From NCBI GenBank assembly GCA_963662585.1, contig OY759729.1, forward strand, positions 2,528,001-2,592,000: DNA of 64,000 bases, read 5' to 3'. The notes below the pieces were generated by a model. The model had not been told where the DNA came from. It was given only the letters and a program-made list of their open reading frames with translations, and searched no databases. Positions within the stretch are counted from its first letter, which is position 1; every line of letters begins with the position of its first letter. A program made the position numbers and the translations under genes. This document shows positions 38,536 through 48,937 of the stretch, in pieces. Origin of the DNA: Candidatus Cloacimonadales bacterium (GTDB lineage: Bacteria; Cloacimonadota; Cloacimonadia; Cloacimonadales; JAFGVF01).

Positions 38536-41500
38536 TTATTTCCTTTTGTTAAGATAGATTGAAACGATAGTTCCTTTAGAACTTGAATCAATCTCTAACT
38601 GAGCCTTGTGGTTATCGGTAATTTTTTTAGCTATTACTAATCCTAAACCAATTCGTTTCCCAGCAGTTTTGGTAGTATAGAAAGGTTCAAACAAGTGTTG
38701 TTTGCTCTTATCATCGATTCCAATCCCATTGTCAGAAATTCTGAGGACAACTCTATTATCGAAATCATTTATACTAATTTTGATTAAGCCTTTTTCATCT
38801 TCATCAATCGCATCTAAAGAGTTTTGCAAAATGTTAGAGAGAAAGATAATGAAATCATCAGGATTGCAGATTATCTCCAATTTTGGAGGCAGGGATAGTT
38901 CTATTTTAGTATTTTCTTCTATTTGGTATTTAAAATAGCTTAAAGTTTTATGAATGAGTTGAACTAAATCACATTTCCCCATTGTTTTAGGGTTAGATGT
39001 TTCAACAAATCTTTTCAAGGAGTAGGCAATTCTAGTCAGGTTCTCCAGATCAAAATTTATATTATGTTTTAGTTTTACTAAGTTCTTTATTGTCATTAAG
39101 AAGGAGAGTATCTTTTCATTTTCATGATGAGAAATTAGAGGTCTAATGGCTTTTAGATTAGCTTGAAGTCCTATGTTAACTATCAATTTAGAAACATTAC
39201 TGATAGTTGCAAACTCCATTTCTTCCATATTTCTTAAGGAAGGAATAATATCTTCAACTCTTTCGGGGTTTGTGAAATTACTTTCAATTGTCTCAGAGAT
39301 GATTTTTTCTGTAATAGAAGATAGAAGAGTAATTTCAGTTTCAGAAAGGAGCGGTATAATGGTTGTCAGGTTTTCTAGCATTATATCTATTTCATTGAGA
39401 AATGCTTCATTAGAGAGTTTTAGAACAGATAAAGGTTCATTAAATTCATTAGAGATTCCTCTAATTAAGGATTCTATTTCTGTCATTTTGCCTTGGTGGA
39501 CTAAGAAATCTAAGTTTGCTTCGATGTATGATTTTTCGGAGGAGAGTTTTTTGAGTTTATCTCTAAGTTCTTCTTTATCGTTTAAGAATTCTTGTCTCAG
39601 AGTGAATAACTCTTTGTTATGAATCTCAAGTTGCTGTTTAATTTTCTCTTTAAGTTCAGAATACTCATTGAATATTTTCATTTCAGCAGTAATATCTTTC
39701 AAAAAACCAATTGCAGTTACTGAGTTTTCTTTCTTTGAGGGAGCAAATCTTTTCCCTTTTACTCTTAGCAATTTACTTTCATCGTTGATAGTTCTAAACA
39801 CCAGTTCAATGGAGAGGGTCTCAATTTCTCCTTTTAAAAATTGTTGAATATGATTTAGAGCATCTTTATTTTTAAAACAATCCAGGTTTTCTAGAATATG
39901 CTGGAGAGGGAAGGAGTAATTATCAATATCCTTATCGATTATGGAAGAGAAATTATTACTAAAAGCTACTCTATTAGAAGATTCTTGATAACTCCAAGCT
40001 GAATAATTAGGAAAACTAGAGAAGAAATCTGATAGTTTATCTGAGAAGATATTCTCTGTAGCTGGTAGTTTTGCTTCTGCTTTCTCATTGATGAACAATA
40101 AATAATTTAGCTGTTTATCATTTTGTTGGTTGTTGGGAATTATCTTGCAGACTAAGGTTCTATTTTCATTCTGTAAATGAATTTCAGTTGTAGAATTCTT
40201 GATTAATGTTTTAAAATTTAACTTTAGCTTGAGCTCATTGAAGATAAGATTTGCTATAGCCTCATCAGGCTTTATTGAATCATGATTGACCTTGGTAAGC
40301 GTTATTATTAAATCAATTGTTGCTTGGTTGTACCATTTTATTTCCCAAGTGTCTGATATGCTAATCACTGCTTGATTGATTGATTTTAAGAGAATTCTGT
40401 TAAGATGATTCGTCTTATTTAGTCTCTCCTCATAAGAGTTTATTTCTGATACATCATTAATAAAACCAAAGCTATTTTCCTGGGAAATATCCCTAAAATA
40501 TTGATAATTCTTGCTAAGATTATCTGCTTGAAGCTTGTTTTCTTTTCCTGATCTTGGTAAGGCATGCTGATTAAGAAATTCGTCTAATAGTTGAGCAGAA
40601 TTTATATTTTCTGAATCAGGGCCTAGGTAGCTTTTTAAGTTATGGGATTTTATCAGAGTATCATGGGGTGAAGAATGATACCAATAGGGTAAATTCAACT
40701 TTGAACTCATATTTGCTAGGAGTTTTTGCATTATTATTAATTCTTCTCTATATCTATCATTTTGAGATAGTTTTTTGTAAAGAAGTAAGAAGAGAGAAAT
40801 TGTTGTTAAGGTGAGAAGTAGCAAGGCAATAAGATAGTGAATTGTTCTGATTCTTTTCCCAATATATTTATAGGTAAAGCGGTAATTTGAGGGAAGTTTT
40901 TCAATAGGAATATTATAGCTTTTCAAGGCAGTTCTATTGAAAAAGTACTGATTACTCATATAGATAACTTCATCATAGGAACTCCTTCTTTTATGGTTAA
41001 TTAAGTCAAAAAGAGTGGTAATTGAGAGTAATCCCAGCTTTTGAAAATCTACTACAAAGCCTCCAATAAAATTGTTTGTTATCTGATGTTTGTGAGTGGT
41101 AAAGACTTTCAGATTTGGGTTCTTAGTGAGGTAAAAGGCTAAGTCATTATCATTTACTCGATGAGGTTCATCACTGAAAACATATTCAGAGAGTAAGATA
41201 ATAGTCTCTTCTTTTATACTACTTATATATTCTCCATACTCTGTTAAATTCATATCAGGAATAAATGATACATTCATTTTAGTGAAGTAGGATAAGTTTT
41301 GTCTGATTAAATTGTAATTTCTTTCCACTATGGGGGAGCTAGAATTTGCAATTATCTCAATTCTTTTAGCAGAGGGAAATAGATCAAGAGCTAAAGTTAA
41401 AGTTGGGGCGACATTAATATCTTCATTGATACAGAGATAATTAGTAAAGAAGTGGGGAGTTTTAATCACTAGGTCAGAATTGGATAAGAAGATAGTGGGT

Positions 41501-41871
41501 GTGTTACCAAATTTTCTAAATTCATCTTTGATCATGGTGTTAAAGGCAGGTTTCCCAATGATTATAAATCCATCAATTTGTTCAAAAAGTTCTAATTTTC
41601 TTAAAGTTCTTCGAGCAATTCGGGTAGGTGCTAGAGAGAAGATGTTAGAGGCATCTAAATAAATAGTATGAATATAAATATTGGGAGAAGAGATATTTCT
41701 GACATAGTTTTCTATACTCTTGTCAATCTCTCTATTTGCAGTTAATTCAGAATAAAAAGAGTGAATAACAACAATATGTTTCTCATATTGAGGAACACTA
41801 TTTAGTGTAGTAGGTAAGATGATTAACAGCAATATAGAAAATACTTTAAGAAACAAATAAACTCTCTTCAT
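38536..41871 (-). CDS. Membrane sensor histidine kinase-like protein (H-box His replaced)
   Basis: Periplasmic sensor, TM, PAS-like region, GISNEFNEPL (Asn808), NILQNSLDA, SDNGIGI, LFEPFYTTK, IGLGL. Confidence 0.85.
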   Translation of the reverse strand: MKRVYLFLKVFSILLLIILPTTLNSVPQYEKHIVVIHSFYSELTANREIDKSIENYVRNISSPNIYIHTIYLDASNIFSLAPTRIARRTLRKLELFEQIDGFIIIGKPAFNTMIKDEFRKFGNTPTIFLSNSDLVIKTPHFFTNYLCINEDINVAPTLTLALDLFPSAKRIEIIANSSSPIVERNYNLIRQNLSYFTKMNVSFIPDMNLTEYGEYISSIKEETIILLSEYVFSDEPHRVNDNDLAFYLTKNPNLKVFTTHKHQITNNFIGGFVVDFQKLGLLSITTLFDLINHKRRSSYDEVIYMSNQYFFNRTALKSYNIPIEKLPSNYRFTYKYIGKRIRTIHYLIALLLLTLTTISLFLLLYKKLSQNDRYREELIIMQKLLANMSSKLNLPYWYHSSPHDTLIKSHNLKSYLGPDSENINSAQLLDEFLNQHALPRSGKENKLQADNLSKNYQYFRDISQENSFGFINDVSEINSYEERLNKTNHLNRILLKSINQAVISISDTWEIKWYNQATIDLIITLTKVNHDSIKPDEAIANLIFNELKLKLNFKTLIKNSTTEIHLQNENRTLVCKIIPNNQQNDKQLNYLLFINEKAEAKLPATENIFSDKLSDFFSSFPNYSAWSYQESSNRVAFSNNFSSIIDKDIDNYSFPLQHILENLDCFKNKDALNHIQQFLKGEIETLSIELVFRTINDESKLLRVKGKRFAPSKKENSVTAIGFLKDITAEMKIFNEYSELKEKIKQQLEIHNKELFTLRQEFLNDKEELRDKLKKLSSEKSYIEANLDFLVHQGKMTEIESLIRGISNEFNEPLSVLKLSNEAFLNEIDIMLENLTTIIPLLSETEITLLSSITEKIISETIESNFTNPERVEDIIPSLRNMEEMEFATISNVSKLIVNIGLQANLKAIRPLISHHENEKILSFLMTIKNLVKLKHNINFDLENLTRIAYSLKRFVETSNPKTMGKCDLVQLIHKTLSYFKYQIEENTKIELSLPPKLEIICNPDDFIIFLSNILQNSLDAIDEDEKGLIKISINDFDNRVVLRISDNGIGIDDKSKQHLFEPFYTTKTAGKRIGLGLVIAKKITDNHKAQLEIDSSSKGTIVSIYLNKRK

Positions 41872-41995
41872 AATTCCACCTTAGTTATAAGTAAATATTA
41901 ACTATGATTGAATAAATGTCAATAAATTTATTTAAGATTTTATTTTTTTTGTTAAAAATGGTATTTCTATGCTATTAGTATAAAGCTTGAGTAAG

Positions 41996-43423
41996 TTAGT
42001 TGTTATATTTCTTCCTTTTAGGGATGATTTTACTGCGAAATACCAAGAAAAGAAATAATCCTACACTTCCAGTAAGGATAGCTATTCTGGCATAGGAGTT
42101 ATTCTCATCTAAGAAGAGGTAAAGAATTATAAATGCAAGGGTTGGAAGAGACTTAAGAATAATAAGAAAGAGTGTTTTGAATATATTCCCTTCAAGCAGA
42201 TAGCTGACCAGGGCAATAAAGCTTAAGTGGATAAAAACAGTCGTAATTGCGTAATAGATTAGAGCAGTTTCAAAGCCAGCAAAATGACCTAAATATATTG
42301 CTAAAGATTTTAAGGTTAGATTCAAAATCATAAAAACCATTTCAATATGAGGTAATTCTAGTACATAAGGTAGGCTTGAAATAGGATTCATTAACATTGT
42401 CGTAGCTAAAGGAAAGGCTAAGATCACTACGATAGGAAGTGCTTCATTCCATTTATCTCCCAGAATTAGGGGAACAAAATTGAGGACGAAGATTACTAGT
42501 AGAAAGAAGAGGGGGAAAGCTAGGAGAGTAACTATATTAAAGAATTTATGAAGTTTAGTATATATTTCACTTTTGCTCATGAAGGTAAAAGTAGGGAAGA
42601 GGACTTGTCCTAAAGAGTTGCAGGCTAAAATAACAGGCTGTCCTATCAATTGATTAGCTAAGTAGTAGATACCTATAACGATAGGGTTAAAGAGAATACC
42701 TAGGATAATGACTGGTAAATCGTTAATAAGTAGGGAAACAATATTATTAGATGTAACTGTTAGTAAAAATTTGTAGTTCTTTCTGTAGCTTGTGAAGAGA
42801 CTTTTAATTAGCTTAGTAGTGAACATTTCCTTTATAGTATCTTTTATTAACTTAGATTCAAAGCTTAGTAATAGGATAAATTCTACTAAGTTGCCAAAAT
42901 AGAAGATGATAATTAAGCTTGTGATATCTAATTTAAAGAAATAGAAGATAACAATAAGTGCTGAATAGACCGCTACATTGATTGTCTCAATTATTGAGAG
43001 AAGCTTAAATCTCAGTATTTTCTGGTAATAGGCTCTGACAGCAATCCTTAATATCTCTAAGCATATTAAGGGACTAAGGGTGATTAAGAGAGTGGAGAGA
43101 ATCTCGCTTTTGTAGTATTTACCTATGGTGGGGGCAATAAGATTCAAGAAGATTAAAGAGAAACCTGAAATTAGTAGAGAGAAGAGAAAAAGCTGTTTAA
43201 AGAGAGCTTTAGTATTCTCTTTTTTTACTATTAGGAGGTCTTTAAATCCAAAGAAAGAAACTCCTGTGAATATTCCTAAGACCAAAGAAAACTCTCTAAA
43301 AATTCCAAGATCCTCTTTACTGATAGCTTTAGCGATGATTAAAAATACCCCAAAAAGAATTACTTTACGGAATAAAGCAGTAAAAAGAGACCATTGAAAA
43401 GATTTAAGTGTGTTTCTTTGCAT
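41996..43423 (-). CDS. Oligosaccharide flippase (Wzx-like)
   Basis: Multiple TM helices; LRFKLLSIIE, IGIYYLANQL, LGDKWNEALP. Confidence 0.85.
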   Translation of the reverse strand: MQRNTLKSFQWSLFTALFRKVILFGVFLIIAKAISKEDLGIFREFSLVLGIFTGVSFFGFKDLLIVKKENTKALFKQLFLFSLLISGFSLIFLNLIAPTIGKYYKSEILSTLLITLSPLICLEILRIAVRAYYQKILRFKLLSIIETINVAVYSALIVIFYFFKLDITSLIIIFYFGNLVEFILLLSFESKLIKDTIKEMFTTKLIKSLFTSYRKNYKFLLTVTSNNIVSLLINDLPVIILGILFNPIVIGIYYLANQLIGQPVILACNSLGQVLFPTFTFMSKSEIYTKLHKFFNIVTLLAFPLFFLLVIFVLNFVPLILGDKWNEALPIVVILAFPLATTMLMNPISSLPYVLELPHIEMVFMILNLTLKSLAIYLGHFAGFETALIYYAITTVFIHLSFIALVSYLLEGNIFKTLFLIILKSLPTLAFIILYLFLDENNSYARIAILTGSVGLFLFLVFRSKIIPKRKKYNN

Positions 43424-43428
43424 TGAAA

Positions 43429-43788
43429 TTACTTAGGTGAGTGGAGTCCTAATCTATTACCTTCAGTATCATGGAAGATAGCATAATAGCCATGTGCACC
43501 GAGAGATGTTTTTGCTAGTTCAACTTTCCCACCTGCAGGCTCAATTCTGAGTAAGACATTATTCAAATCTTCGCCTCCTGAGAAATAGGGAAGGAAACCA
43601 ATTTTTGAAGGGGTTAAATTTGGACCTTGAACAAGGGCTCCAGTGGCTTCTTCTGTCTGAAAGAGTCCCATTTTGTATTCCCCAGCTGCATCTTGCTTAA
43701 TCTCAAATTGGAAGATCTCACTATAAAACTTACAAGCTCTGTCCATATCTAGAACAGGGATATCATACCAGTCTAATTTTCCTATCAT
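43429..43788 (-). CDS. VOC (glyoxalase/bleomycin resistance) family protein
   Basis: WYDIPVLDMDRACKFYSEIF, GYYAIFHDTEGNRLGLHS. Confidence 0.92.
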   Translation of the reverse strand: MIGKLDWYDIPVLDMDRACKFYSEIFQFEIKQDAAGEYKMGLFQTEEATGALVQGPNLTPSKIGFLPYFSGGEDLNNVLLRIEPAGGKVELAKTSLGAHGYYAIFHDTEGNRLGLHSPK

Positions 43789-43810
43789 TATAACTCCTAA
43801 GTTATTGATT

Positions 43811-43857
43811 TAGTTTTAGTTTTAGTTTTAGTTTTAGTTTTAGTTTTAGTTTTAGTT
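43811..43857. repeat. (TAGTTT)~8 hexanucleotide microsatellite
   Basis: 7 full units plus TAGTT in the 80-bp intergenic gap. Confidence 0.95.
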
Positions 43858-43868
43858 CTCTAACTTAA

Positions 43869-44954
43869 TTATCTATTATCAAGATACCATTGACTAACAG
43901 TATTTTTGAGATACTCGGCTTCAGAGAAAGTTACTCCAGCAGGGACATACATGACATCTTGAGCAGATGCTTGAAATAGTGTTTGGTAAAAACATAAAGA
44001 AGCTAAGTAAGTTCCTTGCCAAGAAGGATGTGAGCCATCAGAATCATATAAAACAATCTCTGTATTATCTTCAAAGACATAATTAAAGAGTTGTCCTACT
44101 GCTACAACAGTAGCATCTAATAAGTTACCCGCTTCTAAATATGCAGAACTTAATCCTATTATCTGTGTTTGGTCATATTCTCTCGCCCAAGTCATAAAGA
44201 AACAGGTTTGTGCTCCACTAAGGTCGATAAGACTATCTAATTTAGTTGCATAAGTAAGAAAAGTAGGGTTATCTAGGATTGGCATTTGACTCTGTTCTTG
44301 CAAAACTACAAGATCCCAATCACCATTTAATATGGCAGCTTGGGTATTAATATTATTAAAATGGTTTTGGAGAGTTAAGCCACCACCAGTAATAGCTTGA
44401 ACTTCTACTCCGAGATTTTCATCTGTAGATTGAGTAACATTTCTAAACATTTGGTCTAATCCATCATTATAGTAAGTATAGCTATTGCCGATGAATAAGA
44501 CCCTTTCCGGTAGAGCTTCATGAATTTCCCAATCTACTATAATCTCGATAGAACCTGTTATATCATTAATAATCATAGTGAGGTTTACTAGAGAGTTTTG
44601 ACCAGGGAAAACTTCAACTTCAGCTTCTCCGGAAGCTACTATATAGTCGTTAGAATATAATTCAACTTCTAAATGCCAGATTCCAGGATTAAGATTAGTA
44701 ATAGAACCACTAGCATTAGCGTCTGTAATAGCTAAAGCTTGAGTGATTTCCACATCTTCCTTGCTTACAGTTGCTATTGCTTGAGTAATAGTTACTTCTA
44801 GCTCTTGTAGGGGAGCCAAAGAGATAGTAATGGGAATTAATCCCTTCTCCTGAATATCATCATTAGAATTTGTGGTTTTGCTGCTACAAGCTATTGTGAG
44901 AAGTAATATTAGCATACTCATTAAAGCTACAATTCTCGACACTATCTTATTCAT
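43869..44954 (-). CDS. Lipoprotein with SGNH/GDSL-like hydrolase domain
   Basis: Lipobox TIAC; VLFIGNSYT, WDLVVLQEQS, DGSHP. Confidence 0.8.
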   Translation of the reverse strand: MNKIVSRIVALMSMLILLLTIACSSKTTNSNDDIQEKGLIPITISLAPLQELEVTITQAIATVSKEDVEITQALAITDANASGSITNLNPGIWHLEVELYSNDYIVASGEAEVEVFPGQNSLVNLTMIINDITGSIEIIVDWEIHEALPERVLFIGNSYTYYNDGLDQMFRNVTQSTDENLGVEVQAITGGGLTLQNHFNNINTQAAILNGDWDLVVLQEQSQMPILDNPTFLTYATKLDSLIDLSGAQTCFFMTWAREYDQTQIIGLSSAYLEAGNLLDATVVAVGQLFNYVFEDNTEIVLYDSDGSHPSWQGTYLASLCFYQTLFQASAQDVMYVPAGVTFSEAEYLKNTVSQWYLDNR

Positions 44955-44962
44955 AGGAACTC

Positions 44963-45757
44963 CTATTTTTCATACATTTCTGGTCGGCGATCAGTAAAAG
45001 CATTATTATGATCAGTAACTTTTTTGTCAAAGGCATCAGCAGGATTAATTCTTACAAACTCTATTCCTTCTTCAGTTTTATTAAGAGAGGTTAACACTTC
45101 ACCTTTAGTGTTGAGGATTTGACTCATTCCAGTGAAGTAAAGCTCTTTTTCTCCATTAACTTCAGTACCAATGCGATTAGAAGTAATACTAAAGACTCTA
45201 TTCTCTAAAGAACGAATGGTCATAGCTTTCTGACACCATGGAAGCACCAAGTTAGAAGGGTGGGCGATAATCTGAGCTCCTCTTAAAGCTAAAGTTCTAG
45301 CAGCTTCAGGGAATTGCCAGTCAAAGCAGATCATCATTCCAACTTTAACTCCACCTTTAGCAGGGAATACATTTAGTCCAGAATCACCTGGGGCAAAGAA
45401 GATTTTTTCTTCAAAAAAGAGATGAGTCTTGCGATAAGTATAAATCTCTCCATTAGGGTTAATAAGTGAACAAGAGTTATAGAGAGTGCCACTAGCATTT
45501 TCAGGAAAGCCAACAACAAAACTACAGTCTCTTTCTTGAGCAAGTCTGCTAAATAATTGAGCAGTCTTGCCTGTTTTGGCATCTTCTGCTACACTCATTA
45601 CTTCTTCTTTAGAATTAAATACATAGCCTGAAGTTGCTAATTCAGGTAGCACAATTAAATCAGCTTCAACATCAATGAGCATATTTTCTAAGTTTTTTAA
45701 GTTCTCATCTACTTTTAAAAGTCTCGGTTCGAATTGTAAGACACCTACTTTATACAT
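44963..45757 (-). CDS. Carbon-nitrogen hydrolase (nitrilase family)
   Basis: E-K-C triad: LPEL, YRKTHL, ICFDW. Confidence 0.92.
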   Translation of the reverse strand: MYKVGVLQFEPRLLKVDENLKNLENMLIDVEADLIVLPELATSGYVFNSKEEVMSVAEDAKTGKTAQLFSRLAQERDCSFVVGFPENASGTLYNSCSLINPNGEIYTYRKTHLFFEEKIFFAPGDSGLNVFPAKGGVKVGMMICFDWQFPEAARTLALRGAQIIAHPSNLVLPWCQKAMTIRSLENRVFSITSNRIGTEVNGEKELYFTGMSQILNTKGEVLTSLNKTEEGIEFVRINPADAFDKKVTDHNNAFTDRRPEMYEK

Positions 45758-45774
45758 TTTTCATATCTCCAAGT

Positions 45775-46920
45775 TTATAGTTTCCAAGGTAAAAGATAGT
45801 CTTTTATCTCTTCATTGTAGTATCTATCAGTCATTGTAGCAATAAAATCTCTAACTTTTTCTTCAAATGAGAAGTTCTTTGAATACAAATCGTTTTTATG
45901 ATTAAGAAAGTGGAGGAATATTTTAGACTGAGTATTATTATTATTCAAGTCATTAAGATATTTTTCATAAAGAATATCCATTGACCTATTAATTATTTGA
46001 TTAGAGTGTTTAACATTTTCATCAGTATAGATATATTTATAGTTGAAGTTTTTAAGTTTTAGCAGATAATGAGAGGTCTCTTCATCAAAGGCAATATATT
46101 CATTTTGGTAGCTATTTACAATAACACTTTTCACTAAAGTATCTATAATTTGGGAGTTAGAGTTTCCAAGAAAGTCAGTACAATCTTGAGGGAGCTGTTC
46201 AGTTTTAAGAATTTTAAATCTAACAGCATCCTCGATATCTTGTCCAATATAAGCAATAGTGTCAGAAATTCTCACTACACAAGCTTCCATAGTTGCAGGC
46301 ATCCAAGAGGCATTTAATCCTTTAGTTTTTTTGTCAATATAATCCTTAATTTCAGCTTCTGTCTTATCTCTGTGAGGTCTAAGTACTGTATTATGAACTT
46401 CACCATCATGGGAAATAATACCATCTCTGACTTGGAAAGTAAGGTTCATTCCTTTGCCTTTTTTGGCAATATGATCAACAATTTGTAAAGATTCTATATT
46501 ATGATGAAATGAACCAATTCCGTGTGCTTTACAGACTCTAGAGAGAGCACGCTCGCCATCATGACCGAAAGGACAGTGCCCAAGATCATGACCCAAGGCA
46601 ATTGCTTCAATCAGCTCCAAGTTAAGTCTCAAAGCTTTACCAATAGTTCGGGAAATTTGAGAAACATAAGTTGTATGCAAGTTGCGGTTAGTCATTTCTT
46701 CATCAATCAAATTAGTGAAAGAAAATACTTGAGTTTTGCCGTGATATCTGCGGTAGGCACCACTATAAAGAATTCTATCTCTATCTAAAGCAAAGTTAGT
46801 TCTTATGTGCTCTTTAGGCTCAGTATTAGCCCTAAAAGCATCAGTATCTTTAAAAGCAAAAGGTGATAAATTTTCAAAAGTATTTTCTGTAATCTCTTTA
46901 AATATTTCTTTCTTATTCAT
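45775..46920 (-). CDS. dGTP triphosphohydrolase-like HD protein
   Basis: DRDRILYS, KTQVF, GHDLGHCPFGHDGE, DTIAY...DIED, DFIATMTDRY. Confidence 0.88.
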   Translation of the reverse strand: MNKKEIFKEITENTFENLSPFAFKDTDAFRANTEPKEHIRTNFALDRDRILYSGAYRRYHGKTQVFSFTNLIDEEMTNRNLHTTYVSQISRTIGKALRLNLELIEAIALGHDLGHCPFGHDGERALSRVCKAHGIGSFHHNIESLQIVDHIAKKGKGMNLTFQVRDGIISHDGEVHNTVLRPHRDKTEAEIKDYIDKKTKGLNASWMPATMEACVVRISDTIAYIGQDIEDAVRFKILKTEQLPQDCTDFLGNSNSQIIDTLVKSVIVNSYQNEYIAFDEETSHYLLKLKNFNYKYIYTDENVKHSNQIINRSMDILYEKYLNDLNNNNTQSKIFLHFLNHKNDLYSKNFSFEEKVRDFIATMTDRYYNEEIKDYLLPWKL

Positions 46921-46934
46921 ATTTACCTCGTTAG

Positions 46935-47579
46935 TTAATTAACTTTTTTGTAAAACATAAATCTTGGTTCAAAACCTTCTCCTCGTTTTACTTCTTCAAA
47001 ATATGTTTCGATATGACCAGCTTGTTTCTCAAAAGTAAAACCATTCTCAAAAAGAGCTTGGAAGTCACTTCTTTCACTAAAATGCTCGATAATCCACTCT
47101 GAATATCCCGGATGGTCAGTAGCAATTTCTACTCTTCCTCCAGGAAGTAACATTAGATTAAGAGCATCTATAAAATTTTGATTGATTAAACGATATTTGA
47201 AGTGTCTGCGTTTGGGCCAAGGATCAGGATGCTGAATATAAATTAGGGGTATAGAGTTTTGTGCTATCACTTTCGTAATCTCTTTATCTACATAGTGATT
47301 CAACAATCTAACATTAAAATCTTCTTCTAAATCTAATTTTTTCATTATTGAAGTTATTCTATGCGGATTAAGCTCAATCCCAACAAAATTTATATCTCTA
47401 TTCTCACGACATTTCTGGGAAATAAATTCCCCTTTCCCAGAACCAATTTCAATATGAACAGGATTATTATTCCCAAAGATTTTAGCAAAATCTAAGATTA
47501 CATCCTCTTCTACTTCTAAAACAAATTTATCTTTTCTCTGCTCATAATCAGCAGGTTTTCTTACAGTTCTTCTTCCCAA
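46935..47579 (-). CDS. trmB: tRNA (guanine-N7)-methyltransferase
   Basis: IEIGSGKG, HPDPWPKRRH..RL, ATD, TYFE; TTG start after AGAGG. Confidence 0.93.
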   Translation of the reverse strand: MGRRTVRKPADYEQRKDKFVLEVEEDVILDFAKIFGNNNPVHIEIGSGKGEFISQKCRENRDINFVGIELNPHRITSIMKKLDLEEDFNVRLLNHYVDKEITKVIAQNSIPLIYIQHPDPWPKRRHFKYRLINQNFIDALNLMLLPGGRVEIATDHPGYSEWIIEHFSERSDFQALFENGFTFEKQAGHIETYFEEVKRGEGFEPRFMFYKKVN

Positions 47580-47612
47580 AATTTAATTTCCTCTTCTTTT
47601 CAATAATTTTAT

Positions 47613-48215
47613 CTATAAATCATCATCTTCATCATCTGTATTAACTTCTTGAACTTGCATTGGTAATTCAAACAAAAGAAGTCCTATTGCAAGTACTAAC
47701 CCAATCATTAAGTATCTATTAGAAGCTGTATAGATAACTGCTCTAACCAATTCTATATTAATCTCTTGCTTGTTTAGAAGAAATAAGCCTAAAACTGAGA
47801 TTGTGTGGGCTATTATACCACCGATAATGAATACAATATTCTTCAACTTAAAGCCATTAATTACAAAATATGCAAAATAAGTAACACCTATTAACAAAGC
47901 AAAATTGATGAAATTTATTAGGTAGAGTGAGAATTTACTAAATACTTCTAATTCATTACTTCCTAGGCCTTGAACAGCCAAAAAAGAAGCTATTGCCGCA
48001 ACTACAAAAGCTAGGTAACTTAACTTGTATTTATGTAGAATGATAAATAGGGCATTAGGAATCACAAAAATACTCATTTTTAGACTTGTATTAGTGATAG
48101 AACTACTGTTTCCCCTTCCTAAAGCACTAAAAAGATAGTTAATAATAAATATAACTACCATAGGTACAATTACGAGAGCTACTGCTTGAATTATTGGTCG
48201 TAATCTATTTTGCAT
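47613..48215 (-). CDS. Hypothetical membrane protein (~6 TM)
   Basis: Hydrophobic segments, acidic tail, RBS AAGGA. Confidence 0.7.
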   Translation of the reverse strand: MQNRLRPIIQAVALVIVPMVVIFIINYLFSALGRGNSSSITNTSLKMSIFVIPNALFIILHKYKLSYLAFVVAAIASFLAVQGLGSNELEVFSKFSLYLINFINFALLIGVTYFAYFVINGFKLKNIVFIIGGIIAHTISVLGLFLLNKQEINIELVRAVIYTASNRYLMIGLVLAIGLLLFELPMQVQEVNTDDEDDDL

Positions 48216-48462
48216 TTGAATTTTCCTTATCTATATTACTATTTATAACAATTATAGCGATTTGCTGTTTTATGGCAAGTTTATTTTTAGTGCTTGGTTA
48301 ATTCTGCTAGAAGTTAGAAGCTAAAAACTTTACCTCCGCTAAGCTACTACATGGGATAAGAGGTAAATGAGAGTGAGGGAGTCCAGCCCGTTTCAGTGTT
48401 TTTTGGCAGGCTGAGCTATAGCCTGATGGAAGCAGGGACGCTCCCAATCCATAAAAAGACCT

Positions 48463-48663
48463 ATGGACTGGGGACCTCCGCGTCGCCAGCTGGAAAACAT
48501 GGACTGGGGACCTCCGCGTCGCCAGCTAAAACATGGACTGGGGACCTCCGCGTCGCCAGCTAAAACATGGACTGGGGACCTCCGCGTCGCCAGCTAAAAC
48601 ATGGACTGGGGACCTCCGCGTCGCCAGCTAAAACATGGACTGGGGACCTCCGCGTCGCCAGCT
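48463..48663 (+). repeat. 6x 34-bp tandem repeat of a TGGA-led palindrome
   Basis: ATGGACTGGGGACCTCCGCGTCGCCAGCT at 48463, 48499, 48533, 48567, 48601, 48635. Confidence 0.97.
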
Positions 48664-48746
48664 TGAAAACTTGTTTTCCAGAATCTTCCTGAAAAGAATA
48701 ATTTTCAGGGAGAGAGCACTAAAGCTTCTATTCCATAATTTAAGAT

Positions 48747-48880
48747 TCACGGACTAAAGGTCCGTAACCACCAATTAATGTAGATGGAAGCAGAGACGCT
48801 TCCATTCCATAATTTAAGATTCACGGACTAAAGGTCCGTAACCCCAGTTAATGGAAGCAGAGACGCTTCCACTCCATAGA
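48747..48880 (-). repeat. Alternating GTGG-type (48747, 48821) and TGGA-type (48784, 48851) palindromes
   Basis: TCACGGACTAAAGGTCCGTAACC x2 interleaved with ATGGAAGCAGAGACGCTTCCAYTCCATA x2. Confidence 0.85.
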
Positions 48881-48937
48881 AGAGAACACACTGTAGACCT
48901 CTTTAATCTTGGTTTAATGTGCTGTATTCTTGTCTAG

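Noticed and set aside
45775..46920. Anti-phage dGTPase
   Set aside because: Housekeeping context (trmB, nitrilase) and ordinary Dgt-like size
48463..48663. CRISPR array
   Set aside because: Units are separated only by 5-7 nt near-constant linkers; no unique spacers
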